64,000 nt of DNA from Octopus sinensis (taxonomy: Eukaryota). Under the pieces are notes generated by a model. The model was not told the origin of the DNA and made no database searches. It saw nothing but the letters and a program-made list of their open reading frames with translations. Position 1 is the first letter of the stretch. Every line of letters begins with the position of its first letter. A program made the translations under genes and the position numbers. Positions 25,457-38,807 of this stretch are shown here, piece by piece. Location: assembly GCF_006345805.1 (NCBI RefSeq), contig NC_043005.1:49042001-49106000 (forward strand). The letters run 5' to 3'.

Positions 25457-25680
25457 GTGTGTGTGTGTGTGTATTTGTTTGTTTGTGTGTGTATGTTTGT
25501 CCCCAACCACCGCCGCTTGACTATCGTTGTTGGTGTGTTCGATAGAATGAGTACCAAGCTTTAAAAGAAAAAGATAATTCATGGGGTCGATTTATTCGAC
25601 TAAAAATTATTCATGGTCGTGCCCCAGCATGGCCGCATTCTAATGCCTGAAACAAGTAAAAGTTAAAAGATAACAGATAA
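25194..25680 (+). mobile_element. SINE family B, full length
   Basis: Head, CORE-like block, (TG)n and tail all present. Confidence 0.85.
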
Positions 25681-25989
25681 AACAATTTTAAAAAAACAAT
25701 TCGACAAGACTGCACCATATTAAGGACACTCAGCTGCACCTGATAGTGCAGTAGAAACCCGCATAAAAAATTGCTAAAAATCTTGGCGATAAACGATTAT
25801 AATAATAGTTTCGTTCTGGACAGCAATGGCCGCCTACATAATATGAAACATGCCACGAGTAATAGTTACAAAGTATCTAGGCTTATACATATAGAACAAA
25901 CAAACGGGTGGGAATACTGATAATGGTGGTTTCTCGAGTCCGAGAAAGATAGTTGTGCAATTTCTTGCTAAACAACCAGCATAGTTGAT

Positions 25990-26220
25990 TTGTTTATAGC
26001 GATCAAATGTTTGTGTTGCACGTTAGTTCATGCCGTCCATCAAATCGACCTTCCTGTACAGATGCATGAATGGGAATTGCACGTCTTGTGTTTAAGTAAT
26101 CGCAGAGCAATATGAGATGAAGTATCTTGTTCAAGAACATAACGCACCACCCGGTCCGAGAATCGAATCTACGATCACACGATCGTGAGTGAAACACCCT
26201 AACCGATGGGCCACGCACCC
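25990..26220 (-). mobile_element. tRNA-derived SINE family C, diverged
   Basis: Minus strand GCGTGGCCCATCGGTTAGGG...GATTCGATTCTCGG...TGTTCTTGAACAAGATACTT; similar to 37253-37578. Confidence 0.6.
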
Positions 26221-26329
26221 CAACTGGTAGGAGAGTAATAAACTTAGTGCAACATTGTGAGCATGTTGAAATTTTCATACAGTTTAACACAATTTATATT
26301 ACCGAACCACAAAGAGAGTGGAAACAGTC

Positions 26330-26870
26330 AGGTAAAGAGGGTCTACTTCGGGAACTTTTTTGCTCTCTCGCGACGGACACCTACAGGTAGGAGCCAATAA
26401 TTGACCCTCTCGTCAGCATCAAATTCGCTGCATGGACATATCAGTCGTTTCTTGAACACATCTATTACTCCATGTGGCACATGAAGAAGTTGATGAAGGC
26501 TCAGTGAAGTGGGCTCGCTTTTTAGCCGAGCCCACAATCCAACGATTTTCGCCATAGCTACCAGACAAATCAAAGCATCTCTCTCCTTACGAAAGGGGGG
26601 GCGGCGGAACGAATATAACAAAAATCCCGACTAAAAGCTGAATCCTTCCTACACGTGGCAGCCGTTCGCCATAGTTCTACATGTCAGTAATAATCAGACG
26701 CATCAGAGCGAAGAGAACAGTTTCATTGCTCTCTTCGCATGTCGAGACCTGCAGAGCTTATCTTGAATCGGTTCTGGTTTCTGTTAATAATACCAGTTGA
26801 GGAATTTCTTGAATTTATTAATAGGGTTCGCGTTGAAAGTCTTCCAAAACAAACCACATAACTGGTCTTC
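26330..26870 (-). mobile_element. Decayed L1/Tx1-clade LINE C-terminal fragment
   Basis: FWKTFN, IQDKL, ESNETVLFAL, PRVGRIQL and CLVAMAK; same region as 27215-28130. Confidence 0.65.
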
Positions 26871-26897
26871 AGCTACAATAAAAATCCGACTAACCCG

Positions 26898-26961
<64 letters not shown>

Positions 26962-26965
26962 TAAT

Positions 26966-27190
26966 AATACGGAGCCCTAGAAACAGTGAGTAAAATTCTC
27001 GAGAAGTACGTGGAACATTAAGGGGCTGCAATAAGGGTGGAGCACTTGCAGAAAACTGCACTGCTTGGAACCGCTCGAATACTCCGGAAGGTGCTCGAAA
27101 AACAAGAGGTGTTACCTTAGTTCACTGGTAGTGAACAGCTGACACTGTAGTACATCTCCAGCGTTAGAAGCTGTGCAAAGGCAATAAATG
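26966..27190 (+). mobile_element. 3' end of a restriction-like-endonuclease LINE (R4/Dong or HERO-like)
   Basis: GALETVSKILEKYVEH*GAAIRVEHLQKTALLGTARILRKVLE; flanked by (AAT)n and (GAT)n. Confidence 0.75.
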
Positions 27191-27214
27191 ACGATGATGA
27201 TGATGATGATGATG

Positions 27215-28125
27215 ATGATTTCATCTATTTGCCACGAGGGTGAAGGATGAAGAGGACAATACAAAAACATATATAAAGTTTTGGGATTTACATATAATGA
27301 AATGATGAAATATTCTTTTAAAAAATGTAAGTATACACGGTATGCAATGAAAAGGAAGGGACATATACATAGTATACAAAGGTTTTTAAAAATATGGGGA
27401 GGATGATAGAAATGTAACCCTCCTGATACAGGATGACCCCTAGGGATAATCGAGGGACCCCACTGTCCGAAATTTCCCTGAACACCAAGACCAAATTCCT
27501 TCTCTCCAATTCCTTCTCGCCGACTCACAGATCTACACTTAGAGAGGTACCAACCACTCTTGCCATTTTCGCAGCTTTCACTCACCTTTCAATAAACTCA
27601 CTCGAGGACAGCACTTCCCTCTCTACTCTCAATTTCGTTTTCAAGCTTCACTCGAAATTAATGAGAGCTCTACCAAAGAAGAATGTATCTGTCATCATTC
27701 CTTGTCCACCAAAAAACCTCTTTCGCCACAGCCACGGGGCAATGCCCGGACACTGAACGAGTCCGTACAGAACGGTTTCGTCACTTTGCGCACATCTCGG
27801 ACAATCACGTCTGATAATACATCTGTGTCTGTAGAGTTTATCTCGAACCAGTAGCAACCCCCTGTAGCACTGCCAGGCTAAGGACATCTGGAAATTATCC
27901 ATGATAGATCCCGACCGGAAAATCCTCCGGAACAGTCTAGCCTGTACGTTTTCGTTGGCGTCAAGAGTCACCCTGAGAACGTCGTCGCACATCCCTACCA
28001 CTAATATTCTATAAATTGCTGAAGCGGAATATCCATCGATCCCATTACTCGACTGGTGGAGGGCTGTGAGCGCCTGACGACATTCTAGGTACCAGGCACC
28101 TAGTCTCAGCCTTATAGACCTTATA

Positions 28126-28130
<5 letters not shown>
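27215..28130 (-). mobile_element. L1/Tx1-clade LINE 3' end with internal deletion
   Basis: DNFQMSLAWQCYRG..VRDKLYRH...CPRCAQSDETVLYGLVQCP (CCHC knuckle, H lost), GRALINF..LKTKLRVEREVLSSSEFIER, and a 3' UTR. Confidence 0.85.
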
Positions 28131-28168
<38 letters not shown>

Positions 28169-28864
28169 TTTTCATAAGAGTGACAGATGAAGGAACAATT
28201 GTATGGGCAGGTTACAACATCGTACACACTGATCCTATCGAACGGCTTCCGTCCTCTCGTGTCTAAGAACACGCAACTTAACCAAAACAACGCAATCTTT
28301 ATCTTTCGTTTTGAATAGATGGTCGAAGACCATTCATTCTCGTCGTTAGCATGTCACTCATGATGCTTTTCCTAATCGCCTCTTCTAACTTGCTCTCTAG
28401 CTCCGCCACTAATCTTCTTTTTTTTTTTTTTGCTATTTTTTTTAGCTAAATCCTATTGATTCTTCTCTAATTGTATTCTTCATAGCGCTGTGCCACTGGT
28501 TTTTTTTTTTTTAGGATTGGCTTACACAACTGCCGCTTGACTAATTAGCTAATCCGGTCTCTATATGTTTGGCGTGCCAGGAACACACGTTCAGCTTCGC
28601 GTATTCTGGTCCTTAAATATGCATCGTACGTTAGTTAATATTACAGCTCACAAACTTCTTGGAAATAATAAGGCATTTTTAGGCATTTTTCATAACATTT
28701 CCAGGCGCTTCAAACCCTCTATCAAATGAGCAATGTGGTCGGAGGAACATCCACACTAGCATTCTATAGAAAACTCGTGATAAGAAAGAGCGACTTCTAT
28801 CTTGGAGCGTCGACATGAATCAATGACTGATATGCATTCATATATATATTTGTATGTGTATATA

Positions 28865-28897
<33 letters not shown>

Positions 28898-29000
28898 CAT
28901 AAAATATTTATATATATACATACTAATATAAATATGTATGTATAAATATACATATACATATATATATATATACACACACATACACACATAAACATATATA

Positions 29001-30255
29001 TCAGGTCATCCCATAAGTTCTGTCCGAATTTTGAATAAAGAAAACAAATGATCAAATGTTATATTTAATTGAAATTTAATCATCAATGTACTTTCCTTGA
29101 TTATCTATGACTTCCTTCCATCTATTTACAAGTTTTTTAATCCCATCAATGTAAAACTCTTTTGGTTTCAAAGAGAAGAATTCTGAAATGTCAGTTTCGA
29201 CATCCTCCTGGCTTGCGAAAGTTATGTCCCGCAAATGATTCTGTAAACTACGAAACAAATGGTAGTCTAAAGGATCAAGGTTGGGAGAATAAGGCGGATG
29301 AGGAATTTTTCCCAACCAAGCTCTTCGATCTTCTGTGATGTGATCTTTGCAGTGTGGGGTCGCGCATTGCCCTGATGAAACATCACTCCTTTTCGATTCA
29401 CTAAAGCGGGTCTTTTTTTCTTCAAAGTTTGGCTCAAACGCTCTAATTGCTGACAGTAGACTTGAGCATTGATTGTTGCATTAGGTGGTAACAATTCAAA
29501 GTGAATTACTCCTTTGCAATCCCACCAGATAGAGAGAAGAACCGTTTTCCCATGAAGTTCCCTTCTCGGTTGTGGTTGAGCCTTTTACCTTTTACCAAGC
29601 CACTGTTTACGACGTTTAACATTTCGATAGAAGATCCATTTTTCGTCACCAGTTACAAGTCTATCCAAAAAGGGCGAAATGGGTTCGCGAGAATGAAGAA
29701 AAGGGCAGATGGCAACTCGTGATTTGCGGTTGCTTACAGACAATTCATGAGGCACTCATTTTCCAAGTTTAGGAAGCTTTCCAAGTTGTTGAAGATGACG
29801 ATGAACAGTTGTATGGTTTGAACTAAGCTTTATTGCCAATTCTTCAACTGATAACGCAGGATTTTCTTCAAGTAATGCTTCAAGGAGCTTATCATCAAAC
29901 TCAACTGTACGTCCGGTTCGATCTTCACCTGCAAACCATCTTCTGCAAGTTCTTTCATTCAAGCATTATTTCCCATAAACTGGGTGTATGCTTCGAGTCG
30001 CTTCGGCTGCAGGGTTTCCTTTTTTGTACTCATAAAGCATTATGTGCCTTAAATGCTCTTTGGATACTTCCATGTTAGAAAGGGTTTTATTCAAAGAAAT
30101 TTTAATTCTATTATTTTGTAAAATAATATTTAATTAATTTAAATGTACATAAATGCATAAAAATTATTTTAATTCCATTAGACATTCTAAAATACTATTA
30201 AATTTCATTCAATTTAAAAAAGATAAAATCGGACAGAACTTATGGGATGACCAGA
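29001..30255 (-). mobile_element. Mariner (DD34D) transposon, full length, frameshifted
   Basis: 27 bp TIRs TC(A/T)GGTCATCCCATAAGTTCTGTCCGA flanked by TA. MEVSKEHLRH start at 30073; FHQGNARPH; HPPYSPNLDPLDYHLFRSLQN; stop at 29076. Confidence 0.93.
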
Positions 30256-30260
30256 TATAT

Positions 30261-30303
<43 letters not shown>

Positions 30304-30408
30304 TATATATATATATATATATACATACATATATTACCTATATACTATATATACCTATATATATACATATATATATACTTACATACACATATTGTACATA
30401 AATATAAA

Positions 30409-30456
<48 letters not shown>

Positions 30457-30618
30457 AATATATATAAATATTATATATACATATACATATACATATACCA
30501 ATATATAGATAGATAGTACATACATACATACATACATATATATAAAATATAAATAAAATATATGCATATATACATACATATATGTACATACATATATATG
30601 TAATATACATGCATATAT

Positions 30619-30941
30619 GGGTACAGGACGTCAAAAAATGTGAACAAAATGAGAAACGAGAACATAAAAACAAAAACATGGAAAGCGAACTTTTTTTTCG
30701 AACAACGAAAGAAACAAATAGAGAAACGAGACAGGCAACATGAAGAAAATTCCCTTCATTAGTTGTCCCCTGTTTTATCTACTCCGCGTTTCGAACGTAG
30801 GGACAAGACGCGACTTCGTTAAAACGGTCGTTCCCGCAAAGCAAATTTTTTTTAAATTTGGGATTTGCGGAGGGTTAAAGTGATGAAAAAACAGGACAGT
30901 GAGAACAAAACAGTAAAAATAAACGGTAAGGGCTGTTAAGC

Positions 30942-30945
<4 letters not shown>
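30619..30945 (+). mobile_element. Unclassified interspersed repeat family E, abutting (TA)n
   Basis: Homologous to 63425-63845 (same orientation) and to 62258-62372 and 62880-63197 (opposite orientation). Confidence 0.75.
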
Positions 30946-30975
<30 letters not shown>

Positions 30976-31589
30976 GCATTTAAACAGATAAACACAAACA
31001 AGCATACGTACCCAGATACACACATTTACACACATGCACATGTAAATCCACATGTATTCATATAGTCACACGTACAAATATACATACATACATTGCAGTT
31101 ACTGGTTTATGTCCTTCGAGATCCACTGTTCCCAAAGACAAAGGATTATTTCACGTTCTCTCGGAAGTTTATAAATTTCTTATGCGGTCATCAATAGATG
31201 TTATTAAAAGATAAGACTTCAAAAAAAAATTAGATCAACAATGATATATACCCTAAAGCGTTTTACTTCATTCGGAAAACTGCAGTTACTCCCCAACTCA
31301 GGCTCAGACTGCTTCTTTTGACGTAACAAATACTCTGTCTAGACACGATCAGGATGACCCAGTGCAATAGCTCCGTATCCACATCAACTCACTGAGGAAA
31401 TCCAATTGGCGTTTGACAAATCAAACAGTCGGAACTGTCTTACAACTGAGTGCATTTAGCAGTTTGCATAAATAATTTCTTTAAACGGATGTGTATCAGC
31501 TCTTTTTTTGTAGTTGTTGTTGTTTTTTATGAAGGGGAGTCTTTTCTATTTGTTTGTTCTTAGTGATGTAGTGATGTATATGCGAGTAT

Positions 31590-31811
31590 GTAGAGATATA
31601 AGTATGTGCATGTGTATATAGTGTGTATATATATGTATAGGTATGTGTATGTGTATGTATGTATTATATATTGTGTGTGTGTGTATGTATGCATTATTGT
31701 ATGTATGTATGTATATGTGTATGTATATATATTGGTGTAAGTGTGTGTATATATGTATATGTAAGTGTGTGTGCGTGTATGAGTATGTATGTATGTTTGC
31801 ACACATGTATA

Positions 31812-31843
<32 letters not shown>

Positions 31844-32823
31844 AATATATATTATATATATGTATATCTATATATGTAGTGTTGTGTGTGTATATATATA
31901 TATGTGTATGTATGTATGTTATATATTATGCGTGTGTATGTGTATGTGTATATGTACATATACGGTGTCGCTCGTGTGTGTTTATGTAATATGTAGGTAC
32001 GTACGTAGAGTTATCTATGTGTGTAGTATTTGTAATGTGTTGTAAGTATGCTATATATATATATATATGTGTATATGTGTGTGTATATATATATGTATAT
32101 ATGTATATGTATATATATGGTGTATATATGTATATATATATATATATTATATATATTTATATATATGTGTGTGTATGTGTGTGTGTAATTTTATATGTAT
32201 GTATCCGTCTATATAATAGGTAACTGCACGTACATATACTGAATATTTATTATTTATTTTTGAGTATGCATGTATGAATAACTGCGCGTATATATATTTT
32301 ACTATTTACTTATTTTTTGAGTATGCATGTAAGTATGAAATAAAGGAGGCACGTGTGGTGTGTGTATGTGTAAGCATAGATATATGTATACTTTTACGCA
32401 TGTGTGTACTTATGTGTATATATGGATGCGCGTGTGTGTGTGTGTGTATGGGTACGCATGTACATGTGTATGTGCGTGTATGTGGTATATGAGTATGTAT
32501 GTATGTGTGTGCGTATATTTGTATATGTATGTTGTATATGTATGTGTGTGTTGTTATATATATATATATATATTATATTATATATATATATAATATATGT
32601 GTGTGTGTGTGTGTGTGTGTGTTGTATGTGTTATGTATGTATATGTATATGCGTATGTGTATGTATTTGTATGTGTATGCATGCGCGTATATTATGTACG
32701 TATATGTATACGTGTGGGTGTGTGTATTGTGTATTAAATGTATGTATGTATGGATGTATGATGTATGTATGTATGTATACGTATGTATGTGTGTGTGTAT
32801 ATGTATGTATGTGTATGTGTGTG

Positions 32824-32864
<41 letters not shown>

Positions 32865-33030
32865 GTGTATATGTATGTATATGTATATATATATGTATAT
32901 ATGTATATATATATGTATGTATATATATGTGAATATGTATATATATGTATATATATATATACATGTATGTATTTGTATGTAGGTGTATATGTATGTGTGT
33001 GTATTTATATTTATTGGTGTATATGTATAG
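31590..33030. repeat. Long degenerate (TA/TG/TATG)n low-complexity tract
   Basis: Direct reading; source of many spurious Y/I/C/V/M ORFs. Confidence 0.9.
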
Positions 33031-33439
33031 ACTAGCCTTCTAAGAGTGTAGACATGAATCTGTAGGTACGCGTATGTATGTGTATATACGTGAATGTATG
33101 GATGTATGTATGTAGAATATAACGCGTGCGTGCGTGTATGTGTCATGAGTGTACGAATGAGTGAGTGTACGTGCTAAAGAGTGTGCGTGAGTAAAATGGT
33201 GCTTGTTTTCAAGTAGACAGATAAATGGACTGGCTGTCATAGCCAAGATGTTGTGACCAACGATCAAAGATAACAAAAGTAATAAATGAAGATATAAAAT
33301 CAAATTAGGAATGGGTCTGTATTTGTCTGTGTACTATATATGTGTGTAGTGTAGGATGCATAGGTACACAAGGATATATATAATATATATATATATAATT
33401 AATTATATAACAATTATTAACAATTAATTATATATATAT

Positions 33440-33471
<32 letters not shown>

Positions 33472-33964
33472 ATATATGTATGTATATGTATGTTTGTGTA
33501 TATGTGTGTGTATGTGTATATATGTGTATATAGGGACTAGTGTGCTGTGTGTGCATATGTGTGTGTGGATATGTGTGTGTGCGTTGCGTGTATGTGAGTA
33601 TGTGTGTGTATGTGTATATATATTTTTCTGTGTGTATATGTATGTGTGGGTGTGTGTATATATATACATGTGTGTATACGTGTATGCATGTGAGTGTGTG
33701 TATGTATACATATATGTGTATGTGGTAGATATGTATATGTATGTGTAAGTGTATTTAATATGTATATATGTGTGTGTGTACGTATGTGTGTATGTATATG
33801 TATATGTTTGTATGTGTGTGTGTATATATGTATACATATGTGCATAGGTATAAGTGAGAATCTCCTTATTTACCTAAAAACTCTATTCCCTTTTTTATAT
33901 ATATTTTTATATATTTTTTTTATATATTTTTATTTTTTTATTTATTCTTCTATCTAATTTAACA

Positions 33965-34219
33965 CTGACTCCTTGACCCCTCCCCAAGTATGATATTTTG
34001 CGCTATGCCTACCCCAAAAAGTCCCCCACCAAAACCCTTTAAACCTGCCTAAATGTATAAATGCCAATACAATTCTTGTTTAACTAGCTTCCTGAAGATT
34101 TCTCTTGAATGAAACAGTTCTAGTCCTGTAGAAGCTCCTTCTATATAATAAATTAATTTTACTCTACTATGTATTGAGTACCTTATTTACTGTGTTAACC
34201 CCGAATCAAACCCGGGACC

Positions 34220-34222
<3 letters not shown>
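33965..34222 (+). mobile_element. ~260 bp non-autonomous HHR-bearing element (family F)
   Basis: Reverse complement of 44801-45065; ends in (TA)n. Confidence 0.85.
34086..34136 (+). ncRNA. Type I hammerhead ribozyme motif
   Basis: AGCTTC-CTGAAGA-TTTC-TCTT-GAAT-GAAAC-AG-TTCTAGTC-CTGT-A-GAAGCT. Stem I AGCTTC/GAAGCT, stem III ACAG/CTGT, GUA triplet. Confidence 0.8.
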
Positions 34223-34264
<42 letters not shown>

Positions 34265-36231
34265 ATATAAATGATCAAAATAAAAACATGATGCGAAGGA
34301 TTCAGCGGTACATATGTTTCGCGGGCCTTTATTAGACAGATTTATAACAATGCATAATGTATGTCTGTGGCCACTTCAGCCGCGCAACAACAGCTTCCAC
34401 AAGGACATGTGTTACATCAGAAATTCTTGGTTGGGGATGCAATCCTCCCATTCGTGTACGACATAATGCGGCAGCAGCATAGAATTGAGCGTCCATCTCT
34501 TTCTCTCTCAATGTAGGATGAGGAAAAATGGATGTTGAAGTAATGTAAATAAATAAATACATGTATATACGTGAAGATGGGCGAGAATTCAGGACGAGGG
34601 ATAAAAAATGTATAAAAGTGTAAGTATAGAAAAATATAAAAATGTAGAGCATAAAGATATAAAGAGATATAAGGAGATGTAAAGGGGTATAAAGAATATA
34701 AAGAAATATAAAGAAATATAAATAATGTAAAGGCATAAGGTTATAAAGTAAAAATAGAAATAGAAATAAAAATAAAGTAAAAAAACATGATAAAAATGTA
34801 ACAAATATAAAAAAAATATAAAGATAAGGGATTATAGAGGTTAAGGACCAAGCATGGTGGTCAGGAGATTGATAAAATTTAGTTGTAGAATTGTCAGTAA
34901 ATCAACAGTTTCGTCTGGGGACCTAATGCGTTGTAAATCAGAGCTGTTGAGCGTTTAATCTGGTTCCTTGAATTATTTGGACTTATAGTACATACATACC
35001 AACATGGATACACACACCCATATACACGCGTACATATACGCCTCCAAGCCTATAAGCATACACACGCACTCGCGTGTAAACATGCATATAAAACACACAC
35101 ACCCACACGCACGTGCGTACACATACATACATACACAGAATATCCGCATGTATACACGGACACTATACGTGTACACACTCACATGTACATACGCGCGCTC
35201 GTCACTACATACACACACGCATATGCTCACGCTTCCAGGTCTAGATATAAGATATTAAAGGAATCACGTCTATGCGTGCACGCACACACGGCTGTGTGTA
35301 CGTATGTGTGTGCACACATACACCTACACACACACAGAGAGACATATGGGTATAGCTATAAGATATCAAAATATGCATGTACATATATGCGCGCGTCTAT
35401 GTATGTATGCGTATACATACGTACACGGACGCTTGCATAGTCAAAAGTGGATCTATAGGTAAGTAAATAAACATATATAGAGATGTAAAGCGATAAGTTA
35501 GGGGTAAGAATGAGGGTAAGGGTAAAAATTAGAAATAAAAGTAAGAAATACAGTATAAAATAAGAAATACAATGTAATAGTTAGAAATGAAATATAAAAA
35601 TTATAAAAATTATAAGAGTTAAGGTAAGGGATGAAAATGAAAATGAGAATAAATGGAAGTAGAATAAGAGTAAAATAAAATAAAATAAAATAAGATAAAA
35701 ATATAATTTAACATGAGATGAAGGTGGTTGAAAGTAGAGGTGTGTGTGTGTTAAAAGTGTCCACGTAGGGGCGGGCGGGGGGAACTGAAAAATTGGAAGG
35801 GTGGGAAGTGGAGTTTGGCGGTGTGCGTTCAACATCCGAGTTAGAAATGTGAAAGGGTATAGATATAGGGAAGTAAGAGACTATATAGAAGGATATGGGT
35901 GTAGAGAAGAAATATTTAGGGAAAAGAAGTCATGTATGGGAGACAAAATTGTATATATAGGAGAAAATGCAGGGAAACATATATGCACATACACACACCA
36001 CACACACACACACACACGCACATATATATATATATATAATATGTACATATACGTACGCATAGTGCGCATACATATACATACACACACGCATACGCATATA
36101 CACGCACATATAGGAAAGCGGGATGTGCTGGAGCCGACCTACACACCAAACGGTATACACATGTGCTTATAATTATCAAGTACTCACCCCGAATTTCTAT
36201 ATATATATATACATACATATACATATACTGC

Positions 36232-36262
<31 letters not shown>

Positions 36263-36298
36263 TATATATATATAATATATACATACATATACATATAT

Positions 36299-36331
<33 letters not shown>

Positions 36332-36332
<1 letters not shown>

Positions 36333-37129
36333 CAGGGTGCGATGCGGAAATGGTCACCATTTTATTTTAATTTAATTTCGCGCATACACATTGTTTGTTT
36401 TTGATTTTATCGACCACACAGTATAGTCGGGTCGGTTGGGCACCGTCTGTGAGAAAAAACAGCGCCATGACGCAATTCATTCTGCTAGAAATTTGGAAAC
36501 GACATGCTGTACTGTTTGGCATTCGCGCCAGAAACTCCAATACGAATATTTCAGAGTGTTTGTGTGTCAATCTGAGGACATGTACCGAACGTGATAAAAA
36601 TCAGACACCCAGTCAACATCATGGTTTTTTGGGGTGATCACTAGTGATTTATCTTCCTACATGGCCTCAAACTTAACACAGAGACCTACATCAAGTGCCT
36701 GGGGGAGGTAGTGATGCCCTGGATCAAATGGGTGACTGCTGGAAGACCCTATGTTTGGCAACATGACCCTGCACCATGCCACACAAGCAAGAGAATCCAG
36801 TCATGGCTCTCAGACAATTTCTGCGACATCACCCCTAACATCTGGCCACCTAATTCCCCAGGCTGCAACACCCTTGGTTATTATCTATGGGGCACAGTTG
36901 AGCGAGAGATCAACAAAACTCCTTGTAACACTAGAGATGAACTGAAGGCAAGGATTATGGCAACATTCACCAATTTAAAAAAAGGAAACTGTCCAGAAAA
37001 GATGCAGGAGATTCCCAAGTAATCTGGAGGCCGTAGTTGAAGCTTTAGTAATTTTGTTAAATATATGTTAAAATGAGATGTCAGTGTCATTTTCATTCTT
37101 GCGTAACTTAGACGACTGCACCCCGTGTA
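36332..37129 (+). mobile_element. Internally deleted IS630-Tc1-mariner element, DD37D (maT)-like
   Basis: YVWQHDPAPCHTSKRIQSWL...IWPPNSPGCNTLGYYLWGTVER; weak CAGGGTG / CACCCCGTG|TA ends. Confidence 0.75.
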
Positions 37130-37135
37130 AATATA

Positions 37136-37231
<96 letters not shown>

Positions 37232-37252
37232 GCAGACAGACACATATATATG

Positions 37253-37578
37253 TCCCAGTGGTTAGAGAATCGAGCTCACAGTCATGAGGATGTGAGTTCT
37301 ATTCCCGGACTGGGCTGCGTGTTGTGTTCTTAAGCAAGACACTTTATTTCACGTTGCTCCAGTTCACTCAGCTGTAGAAATGAATTGCGACTTCACTGGT
37401 GCCAATCTGTATCGGCTTTTGCCTTTCCCTTGGGTAACATCGGTGGCATATAGAGGGGAGGCTGGTATGCATGGCGACTGCTGATCTTCCATAAAACTAC
37501 TTTGCCCGGACTTGTGTCTTGGAAGGGAACTTTCTGGGTGCAATCCCATGGTCATTCATGACCAAAGGGGGTCTTTAC
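37253..37578 (+). mobile_element. tRNA-derived SINE family C
   Basis: CAGTGGTTAG A-box, GAGTTCTATTCCC B-box, central GTGTTCTTAAGCAAGACACTT...GCTCCAGTTCACTCAGCTGT block. Confidence 0.75.
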
Positions 37579-37625
37579 CCATTTATATATGTGTGTGTGT
37601 GTGTGTGTGTGTACATAGTATTAGC

Positions 37626-37722
<97 letters not shown>

Positions 37723-37785
37723 CACATACAAGCATATACATTTGTTACATATGATAGTGTGTGAGTGCAAATATTGGTTTCACAT

Positions 37786-38345
37786 TTTGGCACAAGGCCT
37801 GAAATTTTGGCTAGTCGATTACATCAACCCCAGTATTTCACTGGTACTTAATTTACTGATCCTGAAAGGATGAAAGGCTAAGTCGACCTCAGCGGATTTT
37901 GAACGTAAGAGCAGACGTAATAGAATTTTGTCCGGCGTGCTAACGATTCTTTTCTACTCTAGGCACAAGGCCCAAAATGTCGGGGGAGGGGTGTCAGTCG
38001 ATTAAATCGACCTCAGTACGCAACTGATATTTAATTTATCGACCCCGAAAGGATGAAAGGCAAAGTCGACCTTGGCGGAATTTGAACTCAGAATGTAAAG
38101 ACAGACGAAATACCTATTTCTTTATTACCCACAGGGGGCTAAACATAGAGGGGACAAACAAGGACAGACAAAGGTATTAAGTCGATTACATTGACCCCAG
38201 TGCGAAACTGGTACTTAATTTATCGACCACGAAAGGATGAAAGGCAAAGTCGACCTCGGCGGAATTTGAACTCAGAACGTAACGGCAGACGAAATACGGC
38301 TACGTATTTCACCCGGCGTGCTAACGTTTCTGCCAGCTCGCCGCC
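37786..38345 (-). mobile_element. Cluster of family A SINEs, including a headless dimer (37952-38345)
   Basis: Repeated TCGACCCCGAAAGGATGAAAGGCAAAGTCGACC blocks; junction at about 38112. Confidence 0.88.
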
Positions 38346-38807
38346 TTTGCGTGTATAAATATCAGTTGTCAAAATAGTTTTACATATAATAATGAAAAGC
38401 CTTTTGTTAACACTTTACTTTCTTAATGCCTACTGCCTACCCTGGGTATGTAACCACGACCCTTGCCTGGTATAATTACGAAACATGATATTGTGGAAGA
38501 GAGCCTGTTATGTAAACACATATAAGCGTAATATGAGTCAAGAAGAAGGCCTCTACATGGTCACAGGACTAAATAGAAATGACAACGAGTTCTTTTTTAA
38601 CTTACACATGAAGGTGAGGCTCAGTGGTCAATACATTAGGCCGAGATATATTATGCTTGAAAAATGTAACAAAATAGTTACGGTTGATTTGCTTTTAGTC
38701 AAAGGTGTTTTTGATCAGAGTTGGTCTGACGCTCTTAAACAACAACAATTGTTCACCAACTGGAAAAAGCATCCAAAACCTTCCCTCAAATCACGGCCAA
38801 ATTCTTT

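Noticed and set aside
33040-33303. Signal-peptide-like ORF MILYLHLLLLLSLIVG…
   Set aside because: Starts at TTG rather than ATG, runs into microsatellite sequence, and its hydrophobicity reflects T-richness.
38604-38653. 50 nt minus-strand exon candidate (TTTTTCAAG acceptor, GTAAGT donor)
   Set aside because: Open only in phase 0, incompatible with the phase-1 end of the 40750 exon without an intervening exon that I could not find.
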